Shown here: positions 1 through 9,497 of the stretch, one piece after another
Numbering within the stretch: position 1 is the first letter of the stretch
Layout: every line of letters starts with the position of its first letter
Assembly (NCBI RefSeq): GCF_000008665.1
Contig: NC_000917.1
Location: forward strand, 540,001 to 572,000
DNA: 32,000 nucleotides
Direction: 5' to 3'
Source of the DNA: Archaeoglobus fulgidus DSM 4304
Lineage (GTDB): Archaea; Halobacteriota; Archaeoglobi; Archaeoglobales; Archaeoglobaceae
The notes under the pieces: model-generated
What the model saw: only the letters and a program-made list of their open reading frames with translations
Database searches by the model: none
What the model was told of the DNA's origin: nothing
Position numbers and translations under genes: made by a program

Positions 1-120
1 GCAAAGAGAAGGGGTTATTATGACGAGATAAAGCCAGTAATCGAGAAACTTATTAAAAAAGGTTTCAGATTGAGCAAGGAAATTATAGAGAACATTCTTA
101 GGGAGGCTGGAGAGCTTTAA
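1..120 (+). CDS. C-terminal end of DUF3368-like PIN-associated (VapC-type) toxin, truncated by window start
   Basis: Frame 1 reads AKRRGYYDEIKPVIEKLIKKGFRLSKEIIENILREAGEL*, the typical C-terminal extension of DUF3368 proteins. Confidence 0.6.
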   Translation, partial: AKRRGYYDEIKPVIEKLIKKGFRLSKEIIENILREAGEL

Positions 121-166
121 AAGTTGAACAAATTCAATACATAAGTCAAAATTCGTTGGTTTCTTG

Positions 167-430
167 CTAATGGATATTTAAACTTATTTGATGCACTTTT
201 AATATTAGAACTAAATCTTCAACCTCTTCCCTCCTCTTTTTCAAGTGCATCTCCGCAAGTTTCCTCAGCTCTTTTTTCTGCATCAGACTCCTTTACTATT
301 ATTCTCCCGCTTAAACGGGGTCTCTTTTTATGTTGTAAAGCTCATCTTCTCTGTCTGGATTGACTATAAGCTTCCATTTTTTATCCCTTACTGTAACTCT
401 AAATTTCGATCTCCTTCTGGAAGGCAGGCA
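167..430 (-). pseudogene. C-terminal remnant of a sulfatase / alkaline-phosphatase-superfamily enzyme, multiple frames
   Basis: Reverse strand reads ...RSKFRVTVRDKKWKLIVNPDREDELYNIKRDPV* and, in another frame, LMQKKELRKLAEMHLKKRREEVEDLVL. DELYN..RDP is the usual sulfatase C-terminal signature. At least one frameshift lies between the parts. Confidence 0.5.
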
Positions 431-612
431 CCTTCAACCCCATTAAACTACTTATTTTTAAGACGATAAAATAAATCTTTTGGAGCTTCTTCTTTGGAAA
501 TAACACCTTGGATGTTATGGGTAACTTACTCCCAAATGTCTACTTTGATTGCTACGTTTTGAGGATTTTAAGAGAGTTGATTTTTTTAGAGGTTTCAGGT
601 GTGAACGACAAA

Positions 613-1365
613 TCATCTCTTCAACATCATTGAAACGTTCCATAGGATATCGTAGCAAAGCGGGATGGAGATCGCATGGAAGACGAATCTAAAACGGATG
701 TCGTTTCTTATTCTTTCAGAAAAGCTCAGCTTTCTTGGATGGCAGATTGATGGAGGTCTTTTCGGATCGTGGTGTTCCGAATAAGCTATAAATCCTCTGT
801 AAACTCTGGCACCTATTTTCACTAAGTCGAATTCAAAGAAGACACCCTCATCGATAACCCTTCCAATCTTCTCCTTACACCTGAACTTGACCTTTTCAAT
901 CACCCACCTTTTTATCAGAGTTCCTCCGAAACCCGTGAGGTTTATCCCATTCGGATTTCCCCTATCGAGATAGGCGTTGTAAACGACATCGTAGCCCTTT
1001 TCGGCTATTTTTATCAGTTTGTTTACAATTTCGGGTTCGAATATCATGTCAGCATCCATGAAAATTAAGTATTCAGCTTTCGATTTTAAAAAATATTCTC
1101 TGATTGCGTTTCTCGCTGAAACTATGTTCCAGATTCTGTTTTTCGCATTTTTTGGTCTGTTTGGCTTGGATGTTATTATCTCGTGATTTAGATCGTATTT
1201 TTGCAAAATTTTTTTGAGTTTCTCGGCAAATGTTATATCTTCACTAGCGAAGATCGTTTTAACTTTCGTTGCTGAGTGCTTTTGAATTTCTTCTTGATTT
1301 TTTAAGAACTTGTCGAGTATGTAAGCTGTTTTCGAGTTAATTGGGGCTCCTATTATTGCGGACAT
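613..1365 (-). CDS. Glycosyltransferase family 2 (GT-A fold)
   Basis: 250 aa ORF; AEYLIFMDADMIFEPE contains a DxD-type motif; early nucleotide-binding segment. Confidence 0.75.
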   Translation of the reverse strand: MSAIIGAPINSKTAYILDKFLKNQEEIQKHSATKVKTIFASEDITFAEKLKKILQKYDLNHEIITSKPNRPKNAKNRIWNIVSARNAIREYFLKSKAEYLIFMDADMIFEPEIVNKLIKIAEKGYDVVYNAYLDRGNPNGINLTGFGGTLIKRWVIEKVKFRCKEKIGRVIDEGVFFEFDLVKIGARVYRGFIAYSEHHDPKRPPSICHPRKLSFSERIRNDIRFRFVFHAISIPLCYDILWNVSMMLKR

Positions 1366-1397
1366 TCATTTAATCCCAATCTCAAAGTTTTAAAGTG

Positions 1398-2330
1398 TTA
1401 TCCAAACCATCTTTTAGGAGGATAGAATTCGTTTACCATGTCGATCAAACCCAATCTTTCCAGTCTCTCAACGAAATGTTTTCTTAGTTTCTCGTCTTTC
1501 GTTATCCTCGGTTTTAGTATTTTTGCATATTTTAGGTCAAAATTTACTCCAGAAAACTCCGTCATAATCCTAAACCACTTTTCCGGTTCTCTTGTGACTT
1601 CTTCATAGTAAACGACCATCCCTCTCTCGTTGTCCGCCTGCTTGAATGCGTAGTAGTTGCAGTATGTCCAGACGATGAGCATTTTATCGAGTAGATCAAG
1701 AGAATCGGGATAGTCCAAATTGAAAACCCTGATAAGTTTGAAATTTTCGTTTATAGCAAAACCGTTTACCCATTCTCTATTTGGCAGATACTTCGTGAGA
1801 ACATACCTTCCAATAAAGGTGTTTTTGAATTTGTAAACAAGCTTAGCCCTTTTGACGTTGCCCACTAAGACCAGTGGTTCTAACGTTTGCCCAATCCAAA
1901 CGTCGATTGGATTTCGGATTATGTGAATAAACGTGCATCTGTACCTTTGAGCGAGTTGAGATAAAATGAAGTGGCACCTATTCGGTTGAATGATTGTATC
2001 TTTTTCTAAGTTATTGAGAAAATCGAATAACTCAACGACTTCGCTTAGATGGATCGGTATGTTGTCCCCGTAGTTTTTAAATTTCTGGCAGATGTCTTTG
2101 TGTATTCTTTGAAATTCGTCAAGATTTTGAGAATTTAAGTGCCTATAGCATTTATATGGATGAAATCCATGAAGATGAAGAACAATTTTCTCTGGATTAG
2201 TTAGAGCTTCGAAGAGATGAGGAGACAGGGGTTCATAAAGACAAAGATAACTCGGATTGCTTTCATTCAAAATCTTATAAAATATCGTCGTCCCGGATCT
2301 GTAATATCCATTGAACACAAACTTAATCAT
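1398..2330 (-). CDS. PAPS-dependent sulfotransferase family protein
   Basis: 310 aa ORF; N-terminal FNGYYRSGTTIFYKIL resembles the 5'-phosphosulfate-binding loop, IIRNPIDVWIGQ the 3'-phosphate-binding motif. Confidence 0.75.
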   Translation of the reverse strand: MIKFVFNGYYRSGTTIFYKILNESNPSYLCLYEPLSPHLFEALTNPEKIVLHLHGFHPYKCYRHLNSQNLDEFQRIHKDICQKFKNYGDNIPIHLSEVVELFDFLNNLEKDTIIQPNRCHFILSQLAQRYRCTFIHIIRNPIDVWIGQTLEPLVLVGNVKRAKLVYKFKNTFIGRYVLTKYLPNREWVNGFAINENFKLIRVFNLDYPDSLDLLDKMLIVWTYCNYYAFKQADNERGMVVYYEEVTREPEKWFRIMTEFSGVNFDLKYAKILKPRITKDEKLRKHFVERLERLGLIDMVNEFYPPKRWFG

Positions 2331-3361
2331 TTTCCTCCCCTCCTTCTAACTGATAATATATTCCCCTTAATATAACAGTCATAACTATTTCTGGTAAGTT
2401 TGGCTACCATACGTTCTGGATTTAGTTCGTTGTTGATGTAATGACACTCGAATACGACACCCTCCAAATTGTCAAGCCAATTTGATTTTACTAAATAATC
2501 TAAAATTTCATATTCGCAACCTTCGCAATCCAGCTTTATTATGTCGATATTGTTGTTTTCAAGTATCTCATCAATCGATACTATCTCAACTTCCACTTCT
2601 TCAGAATATTCGCTTTCAAATAGACCATAAATATTACCAGCGCCATACCACGGAACTTTCATTTTTGCTTTACCCTTAGAACAGCCCACAGCATAATTTT
2701 CTGGGACAATCTTATTCGATAAATTGTTGATTTCAATATTTTTCTTCAAGATAGGATATAATTTCGGATTTGGCTTGTAGGCGAGGACCTTCTTTGCACC
2801 TTTGTGAATGAACCAAATTGATGAATCTCCTATGAAGGCTCCAATATCTAAAACAGTCTTATTTTTGAAATCAAATCTGTTATAAACTTCGTCTATGAAC
2901 ATTTCAATTATTTCGTATATGCCGTTTTTACAATCTGGCAAATAAAATTTGTAACCAAAGATCTCTACTAATGGTTTATTTTCGCTCTTAAGAATTTTCC
3001 CATCAGATGATAAGAATATAATCCATCGAGGTAACGAGAGTGTTAAAGAGTATTTATCGTTTGGTAAGTTGATAATCTGATCGTTAAATATCAGTTTAAT
3101 TTTATTGTCATCAATATCAATATAACATTCATTATCCAATTTAGCTTTGTAATATTTTAAATCGTTAGAAATCGAATTGATGTGGGATGGTCTAATTGGT
3201 ATACCACTCTTGCCTATGTGTAACCTTATAGGACATTTTCGAAGCTTGACAGTCGTATTTTCGATCTTTCCACTTCTGATCGTTCTTACTAAAATTTCCA
3301 TCCAATTTTCAGTATTTTGTATAAGATTTAATACAGTCTTTACATCCTGAACTAGTCCCAT
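2327..3361 (-). CDS. FkbM-family SAM-dependent methyltransferase
   Basis: 344 aa ORF; KTVLDIGAFIGDSSIWFIHKGAKKVLAYKPNP, VEIVSIDEIL..NIDIIKLDCEGCEYEIL; stop overlaps the next gene's start (ATGA). Confidence 0.85.
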   Translation of the reverse strand: MGLVQDVKTVLNLIQNTENWMEILVRTIRSGKIENTTVKLRKCPIRLHIGKSGIPIRPSHINSISNDLKYYKAKLDNECYIDIDDNKIKLIFNDQIINLPNDKYSLTLSLPRWIIFLSSDGKILKSENKPLVEIFGYKFYLPDCKNGIYEIIEMFIDEVYNRFDFKNKTVLDIGAFIGDSSIWFIHKGAKKVLAYKPNPKLYPILKKNIEINNLSNKIVPENYAVGCSKGKAKMKVPWYGAGNIYGLFESEYSEEVEVEIVSIDEILENNNIDIIKLDCEGCEYEILDYLVKSNWLDNLEGVVFECHYINNELNPERMVAKLTRNSYDCYIKGNILSVRRRGGK

Positions 3362-3378
3362 TGGGATTCACCTTTTTG

Positions 3379-4720
3379 TTAAGTATTTAAGACTTTTTCC
3401 AATTCTCTAGCTTCAGCCTTAGCTACATTCTCCCAAGAACTATGCAATTTCAAAAAATTCAGTAGCTGTCTTTCGTTCAGCATTTTTTGATAATCGTCCT
3501 CATTCATTTTAATAACTTCTACAACCTTTTTAGCCCATTTCATTAATATTCCATTCCGGAACGATCTTTACACTGTCGAACTCGCCATAACTATATTTAA
3601 TGGCAGGGATGTCATAAGTCACAACAGGTGTCCCGAGAGCAAGACTTTCCAAAGCTACCAATGAATATGAGTCGGAATGAGTTGGATAAATAAACACCTT
3701 TGCCCTAGAAACGATTTCAAGCAACTCGTTTCTTGGAACGTATCCTTTTAAAATTATCTTATCGCTAACTCCCTGTTTTTTGGCAATATTTTCGAACTTT
3801 CTTAGAAATCTTGTTTCTGGTATTCCGCAAATTATCAACTTTAAATCTGGGAAGATATTGGTAACTTTTTTCCAAATATACGGCAATTCAAATATCCCTT
3901 TTTCTGGAGAAAGTCTTGCGAAGAAGATCGCACAATCTTCTTTCTCCTTTAAGTTCTTTCTGTATTTCAGCAACTCCGATTCAAAAGCATTAGCTGGGTT
4001 TAATATGCTATAACTGGAATTTTGAAGACCTGAGAGTATTACTGGGGCTAAAGAAACTGAAAAGAAACATTTAAAAAATTTAGATGACACTATCTTTTTG
4101 TAAACTCTACTTGTGTAAGCGTTAAAAATGATCTCTGGTATTGTATTGATAATTTCTCTAATACTTGGTGCATAATAAGTGTATTTAAGTTTAGTCCTCA
4201 ACAGGTAGTTTAAAGGTCTAAAAGGTTCAAGTTGTAAAAGTACCACTAAGTTTTTTCTTAGTTTTTCAGCTAATAAGTAAGAAAGAAGAGCAGAATCTAA
4301 ACACTCATGATGACTATAAACGCAATGAACGTTCTCTGTATCGACAAATTTTAGACAATTCTTCAGATAAACAGAATTTTCTTTTTTGTATATCTCAAAC
4401 GAAAAAGTCCCTCTGAGAAACTCCGAAATATTTAAGCCTTTACAATCTTTTTTAAATTGTTTAAACTTAGCCTTAGCCGATTTTTCTAACAATTGTAGTG
4501 AGTACTCATTTATCTCAATTCCCCTATCTATCAGCTCCGCAATTATTTTGTCAGTTTTATCCATTTCGTCTCGAAGTATAGCTCTAACACAATCTAAAGG
4601 AAGAACTATCTCGATGTCCTCTTCCATGTGGTCCGGTAGCCTTCTTAGAACTTCAAAAGACCTTCTACCTCCTCCTGTTATGGGAAAAGGACATGAGATA
4701 ATTATGATCTTATGCCCCAT
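3379..4720 (-). pseudogene. Glycosyltransferase family 4 with frameshifted C-terminus (intact ORF portion 3530-4720)
   Basis: ORF has GT4 C-domain features (VLGTPVVTYDIPAI). After ...EWNINE an extra A (A-run at 3538-3540) gives a stop. The alternative frame continues WAKKVVEVIKMNEDDYQKMLNERQLLNFLKLHSSWENVAKAEARELEKVLNT* to 3379. Confidence 0.75.
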
Positions 4721-4741
4721 AGTGATACACCCATAAATATG

Positions 4742-4859
4742 TTTTTAAGGTTTCCTTTGCCGTCGTGATCTCGTCCACATAATCCTTGAGCTTACTAGCT
4801 AAGTTTATGACATTACCAACCCTATTCATTGAAAAGATAAGAGCCGAAACCTTTACCAT
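4742..4859 (-). pseudogene. N-terminal fragment of a glycosyltransferase family 2 gene
   Basis: RBS-like GGAAGGGAGAG then MVKVSALIFSMNRVGNVINLASKLKDYVDEI, a GT2-like start. The sequence then changes character and runs into the start of the GT4 gene. Confidence 0.55.
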
Positions 4860-4899
4860 GTTCTCTCCCTTCCTTGAATGAATTACATTTAATCCTTTC

Positions 4900-5626
4900 T
4901 TAGAACTCGTAGCCGTGCATTTCAATTTCAAAACGAAAGACGTCCTCAACGATCCTTTTCAGTTCCTTGTCATAGAATTTTTCGGTAATTGTCATCTGCT
5001 GCCGTATTTATCCTAACGTCAAGCTCTTCTGGCAATCCGATCTTCTTCATAACCTTCGCAATATCCTCTTCTAGATTTTCGTAGTAGCCAATGAAGTCTA
5101 CGATGACTTTATAATTTCTTAGTGGATCCGTGTATTGTGGAAAGTTTAAGGCATCGTATATCCAATTACTTTTAACAAATTCTCTAAAGCTCAGATTGAA
5201 GTTTTTATCAAATCTCTTATAATAGAGATACCTGCTGACGACTTTTGCCCACGGATTTCTCTCAAAGCAGAAAACTAAATATCCATCAAATAGCTTTTTG
5301 CCTACTCTGTTTCTTATCATCCAAGCTGGCATGTGGTCGTAGTACTTCTTCTTATTCTTAAAAAGCCAAGGAATTCCCTTGATCCAATCGATCCTATAAG
5401 CTTTGTCTTTTATTCCAAGCTCTGGCAAAGTTTCAAATAGTTTTATACCATAAGGTATGTCTAGAAGAAAATTGTAGTGTCCCAGATCGTTCTGTCTTTT
5501 GTCCCACTTGGGAGGCTAGGGTGTAAATACATCTTGTTCCCCTCTGAATCTCCAAAAGAATTCTTCCATACTCGAAGAGGCTACTCTCTTGCACTTTACA
5601 AAGATAAACTTGTTCTTGTAGCTCAA
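4900..5626 (-). pseudogene. Sulfotransferase family 2-like protein with in-frame TAG and 1-nt frameshift
   Basis: GAGGT then a TTG start at 5626: MSYKNKFIFVKCKRVASSSMEEFFWRFRGEQDVFTP*PPKWDKRQNDLGHYNFLLDIPYGIKLFETLPELGIK...FCFERNPWAKVVSRYLYYKR...DDNYRK|FYDKELKRIVEDVFRFEIEMHGYEF*. TAG at 5516-5518; extra base in the 5-nt T run 4978-4982. Confidence 0.85.
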
Positions 5627-5713
5627 CGACCATACCTCTAACCCCTCCTTAATACGAAATAGTAGTCGTATCTTGGCTGAATAAAGAGCTCTTTAAAAAT
5701 GATTGCATGCTTT

Positions 5714-6335
5714 CTAAATCCTCAAAGTGTTTAAGACTTTTCCCAAAGTTGAGCTAGGTTGTTTGCTCGCATAATATAGCGCTATTTTTTGTCTAACATC
5801 TCTTTCCTTATCTCTTAATCTAACAAAGCCGTAATCCTCGAAAATTCTGACCCATTCTTTTTCTGAAAGAATCGTTACATGTGTAGGGTCTGCATTTGCA
5901 TCTCTTGAGCTTGGAGAACATGTTTTCACCAACAAATAACCTGAGGCTTTAAGGACTGACTCTATACACCTCAGAAACAAATTTTTCAGGATGTTCTAAG
6001 TGCTCTATTAAATCGAGAGCGGTAACAACATCAAATGTTTCATTTCTAAAGGGTAACTTAGTTGCATCAGCTATGAGTAAAGTATCGATAACTCCATTGC
6101 TCACAGCGTACTCATTAATATCTATGCCGTAGCTTCTACGCCTAATTCTCTAAAAGCTTTAACAAGATATCCCATAGCACATCCTAACATCCAGCACAAT
6201 TCTGGGCTTGAACATCTCGAAAATTGCTTCTGCAATTGTCTTGTGGAATGGATAGAATATTTCAAATTTGTATCCTTCTTTATAAGTTTTGCCCTCAAAA
6301 TACTCTTTATCGTACATTTTGGCTAAACTCATCAT
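5714..6335 (-). pseudogene. Class I SAM-dependent methyltransferase, at least three frameshifts
   Basis: Reconstructed: MMSLAKMYDKEYFEGKTYKEGYKFEIFYPFHKTIAEAIFEMFKPRIVLDV|GCAMGYLVKAFRELGVEA|YGIDINEYAVSNGVIDTLLIADATKLPFRNETFDVVTALDLIEHLEHPEKFVSEVYRV|LKASGYLLVKT... Extra base at 6185, missing base near 6131, tandem GACTGACT at 5954-5961. Confidence 0.85.
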
Positions 6336-7398
6336 ACCACCTCTTTAACCAATACCATAAATTTTCCTTAAACACCGAAAAATCGAACTGCTTCGCAAAT
6401 TCTCTGATCTTATCTGGATCATATTTCTTCTTTTCTAACTCTTCAATTGCCTTAGCTATGTTATCTGGATTCGAGCAATCGGTAATGATTCCTCTCTCCT
6501 CATTAACGACGTAAGGAGGAAATCCAGAATTATCAGCAATAACAGGTTTTCCTGAAGCGAAAGCTTCAATTGGAACTATCCCAAAATCTTCTGCTATGCA
6601 AGGATAGATTACAGCTTTACAGCTCGCCAATAAATCTACTTTTTCCTCTTCGCTAACGAACCCTTTTATCTCCACGTACGGGTTTTTACCGTATTTGTCC
6701 CTTAAATATTTCTCCAGATAACCAGAGCCTATGACCACAATTTTTTTCTTGGCTTTTATGCACCCTCTTATAGCCTCTTCCGGTCTTTTTTCATGCCACA
6801 ACCTTCCAACGAAAAGGTAGAAGTCCTCTGAATTTTTACATTTATATTTGTCAAATTCTATAGGAGGATACAGCACTACCGAATCTCTTTTTAGATACTT
6901 CCAGAGCCTTCTTTTCGTAACTGGTGAGTTAGAGAAATAGTAATCGACCCTTTTGTCCACTGCCGTATCCCAAATTCTAAAAAATTCTGAGGCTAAAGGA
7001 AGCAATACATTCCTTTTGAGCCAACCCTTTGACTTTCTTCTGTGGTGCCATAAGTCATAAAGCCATCGAGCTGGAGAATGGTTGTAGTGAACGTGCATAA
7101 CGTCGTCCGGAGTTATCAACACCCTTGCTGTGAGTCCCGATGTTATAACCACATCGTAATCTCCAAAATCTCTTACATCAACGTTACTCCACGTTAAATA
7201 ATCAAAACTTCTAAATCTTCGTAGAATCTTGGCTACTAACGGTAAATGCTGAGAAATGTCTTCAAAACCTAACGTATTTATATTTTCATCCTTTACTATC
7301 GAGTAGACTTTTGAATTAAGAGCCCTACCAAGATAGGAAGCGAGGATTTCACCACCACCAATTTCGCCAAAAGATTCATGAAAAACAGCTATCTTCAC
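6307..7398 (-). CDS. Glycosyltransferase family 4
   Basis: 363 aa ORF; EIGGGEILASYLGRAL, FLFVGRLWHEKRPEEAI, PCIAEDFGIVPIEAFASGKPVIADNSG. Confidence 0.9.
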   Translation of the reverse strand: MKIAVFHESFGEIGGGEILASYLGRALNSKVYSIVKDENINTLGFEDISQHLPLVAKILRRFRSFDYLTWSNVDVRDFGDYDVVITSGLTARVLITPDDVMHVHYNHSPARWLYDLWHHRRKSKGWLKRNVLLPLASEFFRIWDTAVDKRVDYYFSNSPVTKRRLWKYLKRDSVVLYPPIEFDKYKCKNSEDFYLFVGRLWHEKRPEEAIRGCIKAKKKIVVIGSGYLEKYLRDKYGKNPYVEIKGFVSEEEKVDLLASCKAVIYPCIAEDFGIVPIEAFASGKPVIADNSGFPPYVVNEERGIITDCSNPDNIAKAIEELEKKKYDPDKIREFAKQFDFSVFKENLWYWLKRWYDEFSQNVR

Positions 7399-7399
7399 A

Positions 7400-8440
7400 T
7401 TATGGCACCTCTTTGTTATTAAAGTTTGCCAATAATTTTTTAAACTTCTCCTTAAACTCCCTACCCCTCTTCCCCGGCTCGAACTCCTCAGACTCTTTTT
7501 TGTATAGCTCCGACATTATTCTTCTTACCTCGCTGTCAAGTTTGAAGTATTCGACTATACCTTCAAAAATTCTGTTGAGCGGTTGTATGAATTTGTTACC
7601 GTCGTAATTCAAGCCGAACTCTCTTTTAACTTGCTCTTCTACTCTCTCGACTATCTCCTTAGTTCCTGTCATGGTTGAAACAACAACAGGCAAACCAGCT
7701 CTCATCGCCTCGAGCGTTGCTACCGGATAGGCTGAGCATCTTCCGGCGTGAACGAAAAGGCTTGCCTCTTCGAAAACCTCGGAAAGATCTTCTACGTAGC
7801 CCAAAACCTTGACGCCCTCGACCCTTTCATACTCTTTTGGATGCCCTTTTCCGACGATCCAAAGCTCAAGATCTGGGATTTGCTTTTTCGCTATTCTAAA
7901 TTGTTCTACCAAAACGTCCATGCCTATGCTGAACCTCGGCTGTCCTACAGACACGATTACGTTCGATTCAAGATTTGGCTTGACTTTACCGAGTTTTTCA
8001 TAACTGTCTTTTGGAATTGCTGGCCTTACAACTTCGATCGGAACGTCGATTATCTTCTCTGCGTATTCTTTCACAAAGGGAGACACAGCAATGGCGGCAT
8101 CCAAAACCTTAGCGGAAATTCTGTGAATTAGAGTTTCGGCAGTGGAGTAGTGAGGTTGTCTTTCAACGAGATTTATGAAAGTTTCATCCGCCAAAAGACC
8201 TACAACAAATCCATTTTTTCTGAACAACTTCTTCCGCAAATACATCGGAAACATTGGCATTCCGCCCTCAAGTATGTAAACGTCATAATCTGGATATTCC
8301 CTTGCCATTTTTAAACCTTCAACGAACTTCACAAATCCATTAACATCTTTATGATAAGCTGGATAGACATCAGCCTTCACAGCTTCAACGAACGGTTCGT
8401 GAGCTGGATGCATTCCTGCATAGACGAACAGCACCTTCAT
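7400..8440 (-). CDS. Glycosyltransferase family 4
   Basis: 346 aa ORF; VGQPRFSIGMDVLVEQF, FVHAGRCSAYPVATLEAMRAGLPVVVSTMTGTKEIV. Confidence 0.85.
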   Translation of the reverse strand: MKVLFVYAGMHPAHEPFVEAVKADVYPAYHKDVNGFVKFVEGLKMAREYPDYDVYILEGGMPMFPMYLRKKLFRKNGFVVGLLADETFINLVERQPHYSTAETLIHRISAKVLDAAIAVSPFVKEYAEKIIDVPIEVVRPAIPKDSYEKLGKVKPNLESNVIVSVGQPRFSIGMDVLVEQFRIAKKQIPDLELWIVGKGHPKEYERVEGVKVLGYVEDLSEVFEEASLFVHAGRCSAYPVATLEAMRAGLPVVVSTMTGTKEIVERVEEQVKREFGLNYDGNKFIQPLNRIFEGIVEYFKLDSEVRRIMSELYKKESEEFEPGKRGREFKEKFKKLLANFNNKEVP

Positions 8441-8638
8441 TTTAAGATTTGCTAACTCAGGTTGTTTAAAAACGTTTCTTACTTCTCAACATAAGCTAAA
8501 AATTCGGTGTGGATGGCTTTCGGGCATGTTTTGAAAACAATATTTGATCTAAACGAGCCTTAATTGGCTTAAAATCTTATGCAGATAAATTAAAGCTCGA
8601 ACAAACCTTTATCAACTTCTTTGACCAATTTATCGACT

Positions 8639-8858
8639 ATGCAAGAAACTGCCTCTCTCGTTGACCTTCTCAAGGAACTCAGAGAAATCAGGAAAAAACT
8701 CGACCGTATTGAGGAAGGCAATCGAAGACCTCATCGATTCCACGTTAACTCCGGAAGAGGATGAACTGCTTAAAGAAGTCAGAGAAAAAATCAGGAAAGG
8801 CGATTTTTCCGAGTTTATTCCGCTCGAAAAACTTGATGAGGCTTTGGAGGATTCCTAA
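8639..8858 (+). pseudogene. RelB-like/small antitoxin with 1-nt frameshift
   Basis: ATG at 8639 reads MQETASLVDLLKELREIRKKLDRIEE then, after an extra G at 8717/8718, AIEDLIDSTLTPEEDELLKEVREKIRKGDFSEFIPLEKLDEALEDS*. Confidence 0.55.
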
Positions 8859-8884
8859 GACAAATGTCGGAAGTATCACAGTTT

Positions 8885-9006
8885 CTATTCCACGTATTTG
8901 ACATCAATTCCCATCTTTTTTGCAACTTCCACTGTTTTTCGTCGCTCGTTAGAAGACTTTCGTATTTCTTCGCCTGAGCCAAATATAACGCATCAATTAC
9001 TATCAC
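8885..9006 (-). pseudogene. VapC (PIN-domain) toxin with large internal deletion plus 1-nt frameshift
   Basis: MIVIDA (PIN start) joined directly to LYLAQAKKYESLLTSDE (PIN end); in the other frame KTVEVAKKMGIDVKYVE* after a missing base in the T run 8935-8939. Confidence 0.75.
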
Positions 9007-9217
9007 GATCTTCCCTCACGTACTTTTCAGCGGTTCCCTTTTCAGCTCCCGATAAGTTCGAAAGCATAGCGTTAATTTCCTCCAAAGCCTTCTTTTTCCT
9101 GTATTCTCTACTTTTGGCTTCGATGAATTTTCTGATTTCTTCGCTCCAGTTGATGTCGATCTCCTTCATTCTCTTCTTAAGCTCGGGAGGTATCCTGAAG
9201 CTAACCACATTGCTCAC
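8993..9217 (-). CDS. VapB-like antitoxin (ribbon-helix-helix)
   Basis: MSNVVSFRIPPELKKRMKEIDINWSEEIRKFIEAKSREYRKKKALEEINAML; overlaps the vapC remnant start. Confidence 0.8.
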   Translation of the reverse strand: MSNVVSFRIPPELKKRMKEIDINWSEEIRKFIEAKSREYRKKKALEEINAMLSNLSGAEKGTAEKYVREDRDSN

Positions 9218-9290
9218 AATTACTAAAGCGTATTATCGTATTTTTGCCAATAAATTAAGGATTGCATTTTGAGTTTGTATATGTCAGAAC

Positions 9291-9494
9291 ATGAAATCGT
9301 TTGCTAAAAATCTTGATGTTGATCGAAAGTTCTCAAATCTTAAAAATGTGATTTATGAGTTTAAGAGAAAATCGGTTTGGATAAGTCTAAATCTGCTCTT
9401 ACTACCTTTTCTTCAAATTTTTCGAACCTCTTCGAGTTTTCTGTCTTTTGACAAGCGATTTACGGAGTATAATAGCAATGACGACGAACTCTAA
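9291..9494 (+). pseudogene. Possible PIN-domain toxin C-terminal remnant
   Basis: Only the tail FLSFDKRFTEYNSNDDEL* resembles a PIN C-terminus; the rest is not diagnostic. Confidence 0.25.
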
Positions 9495-9497
9495 GAT

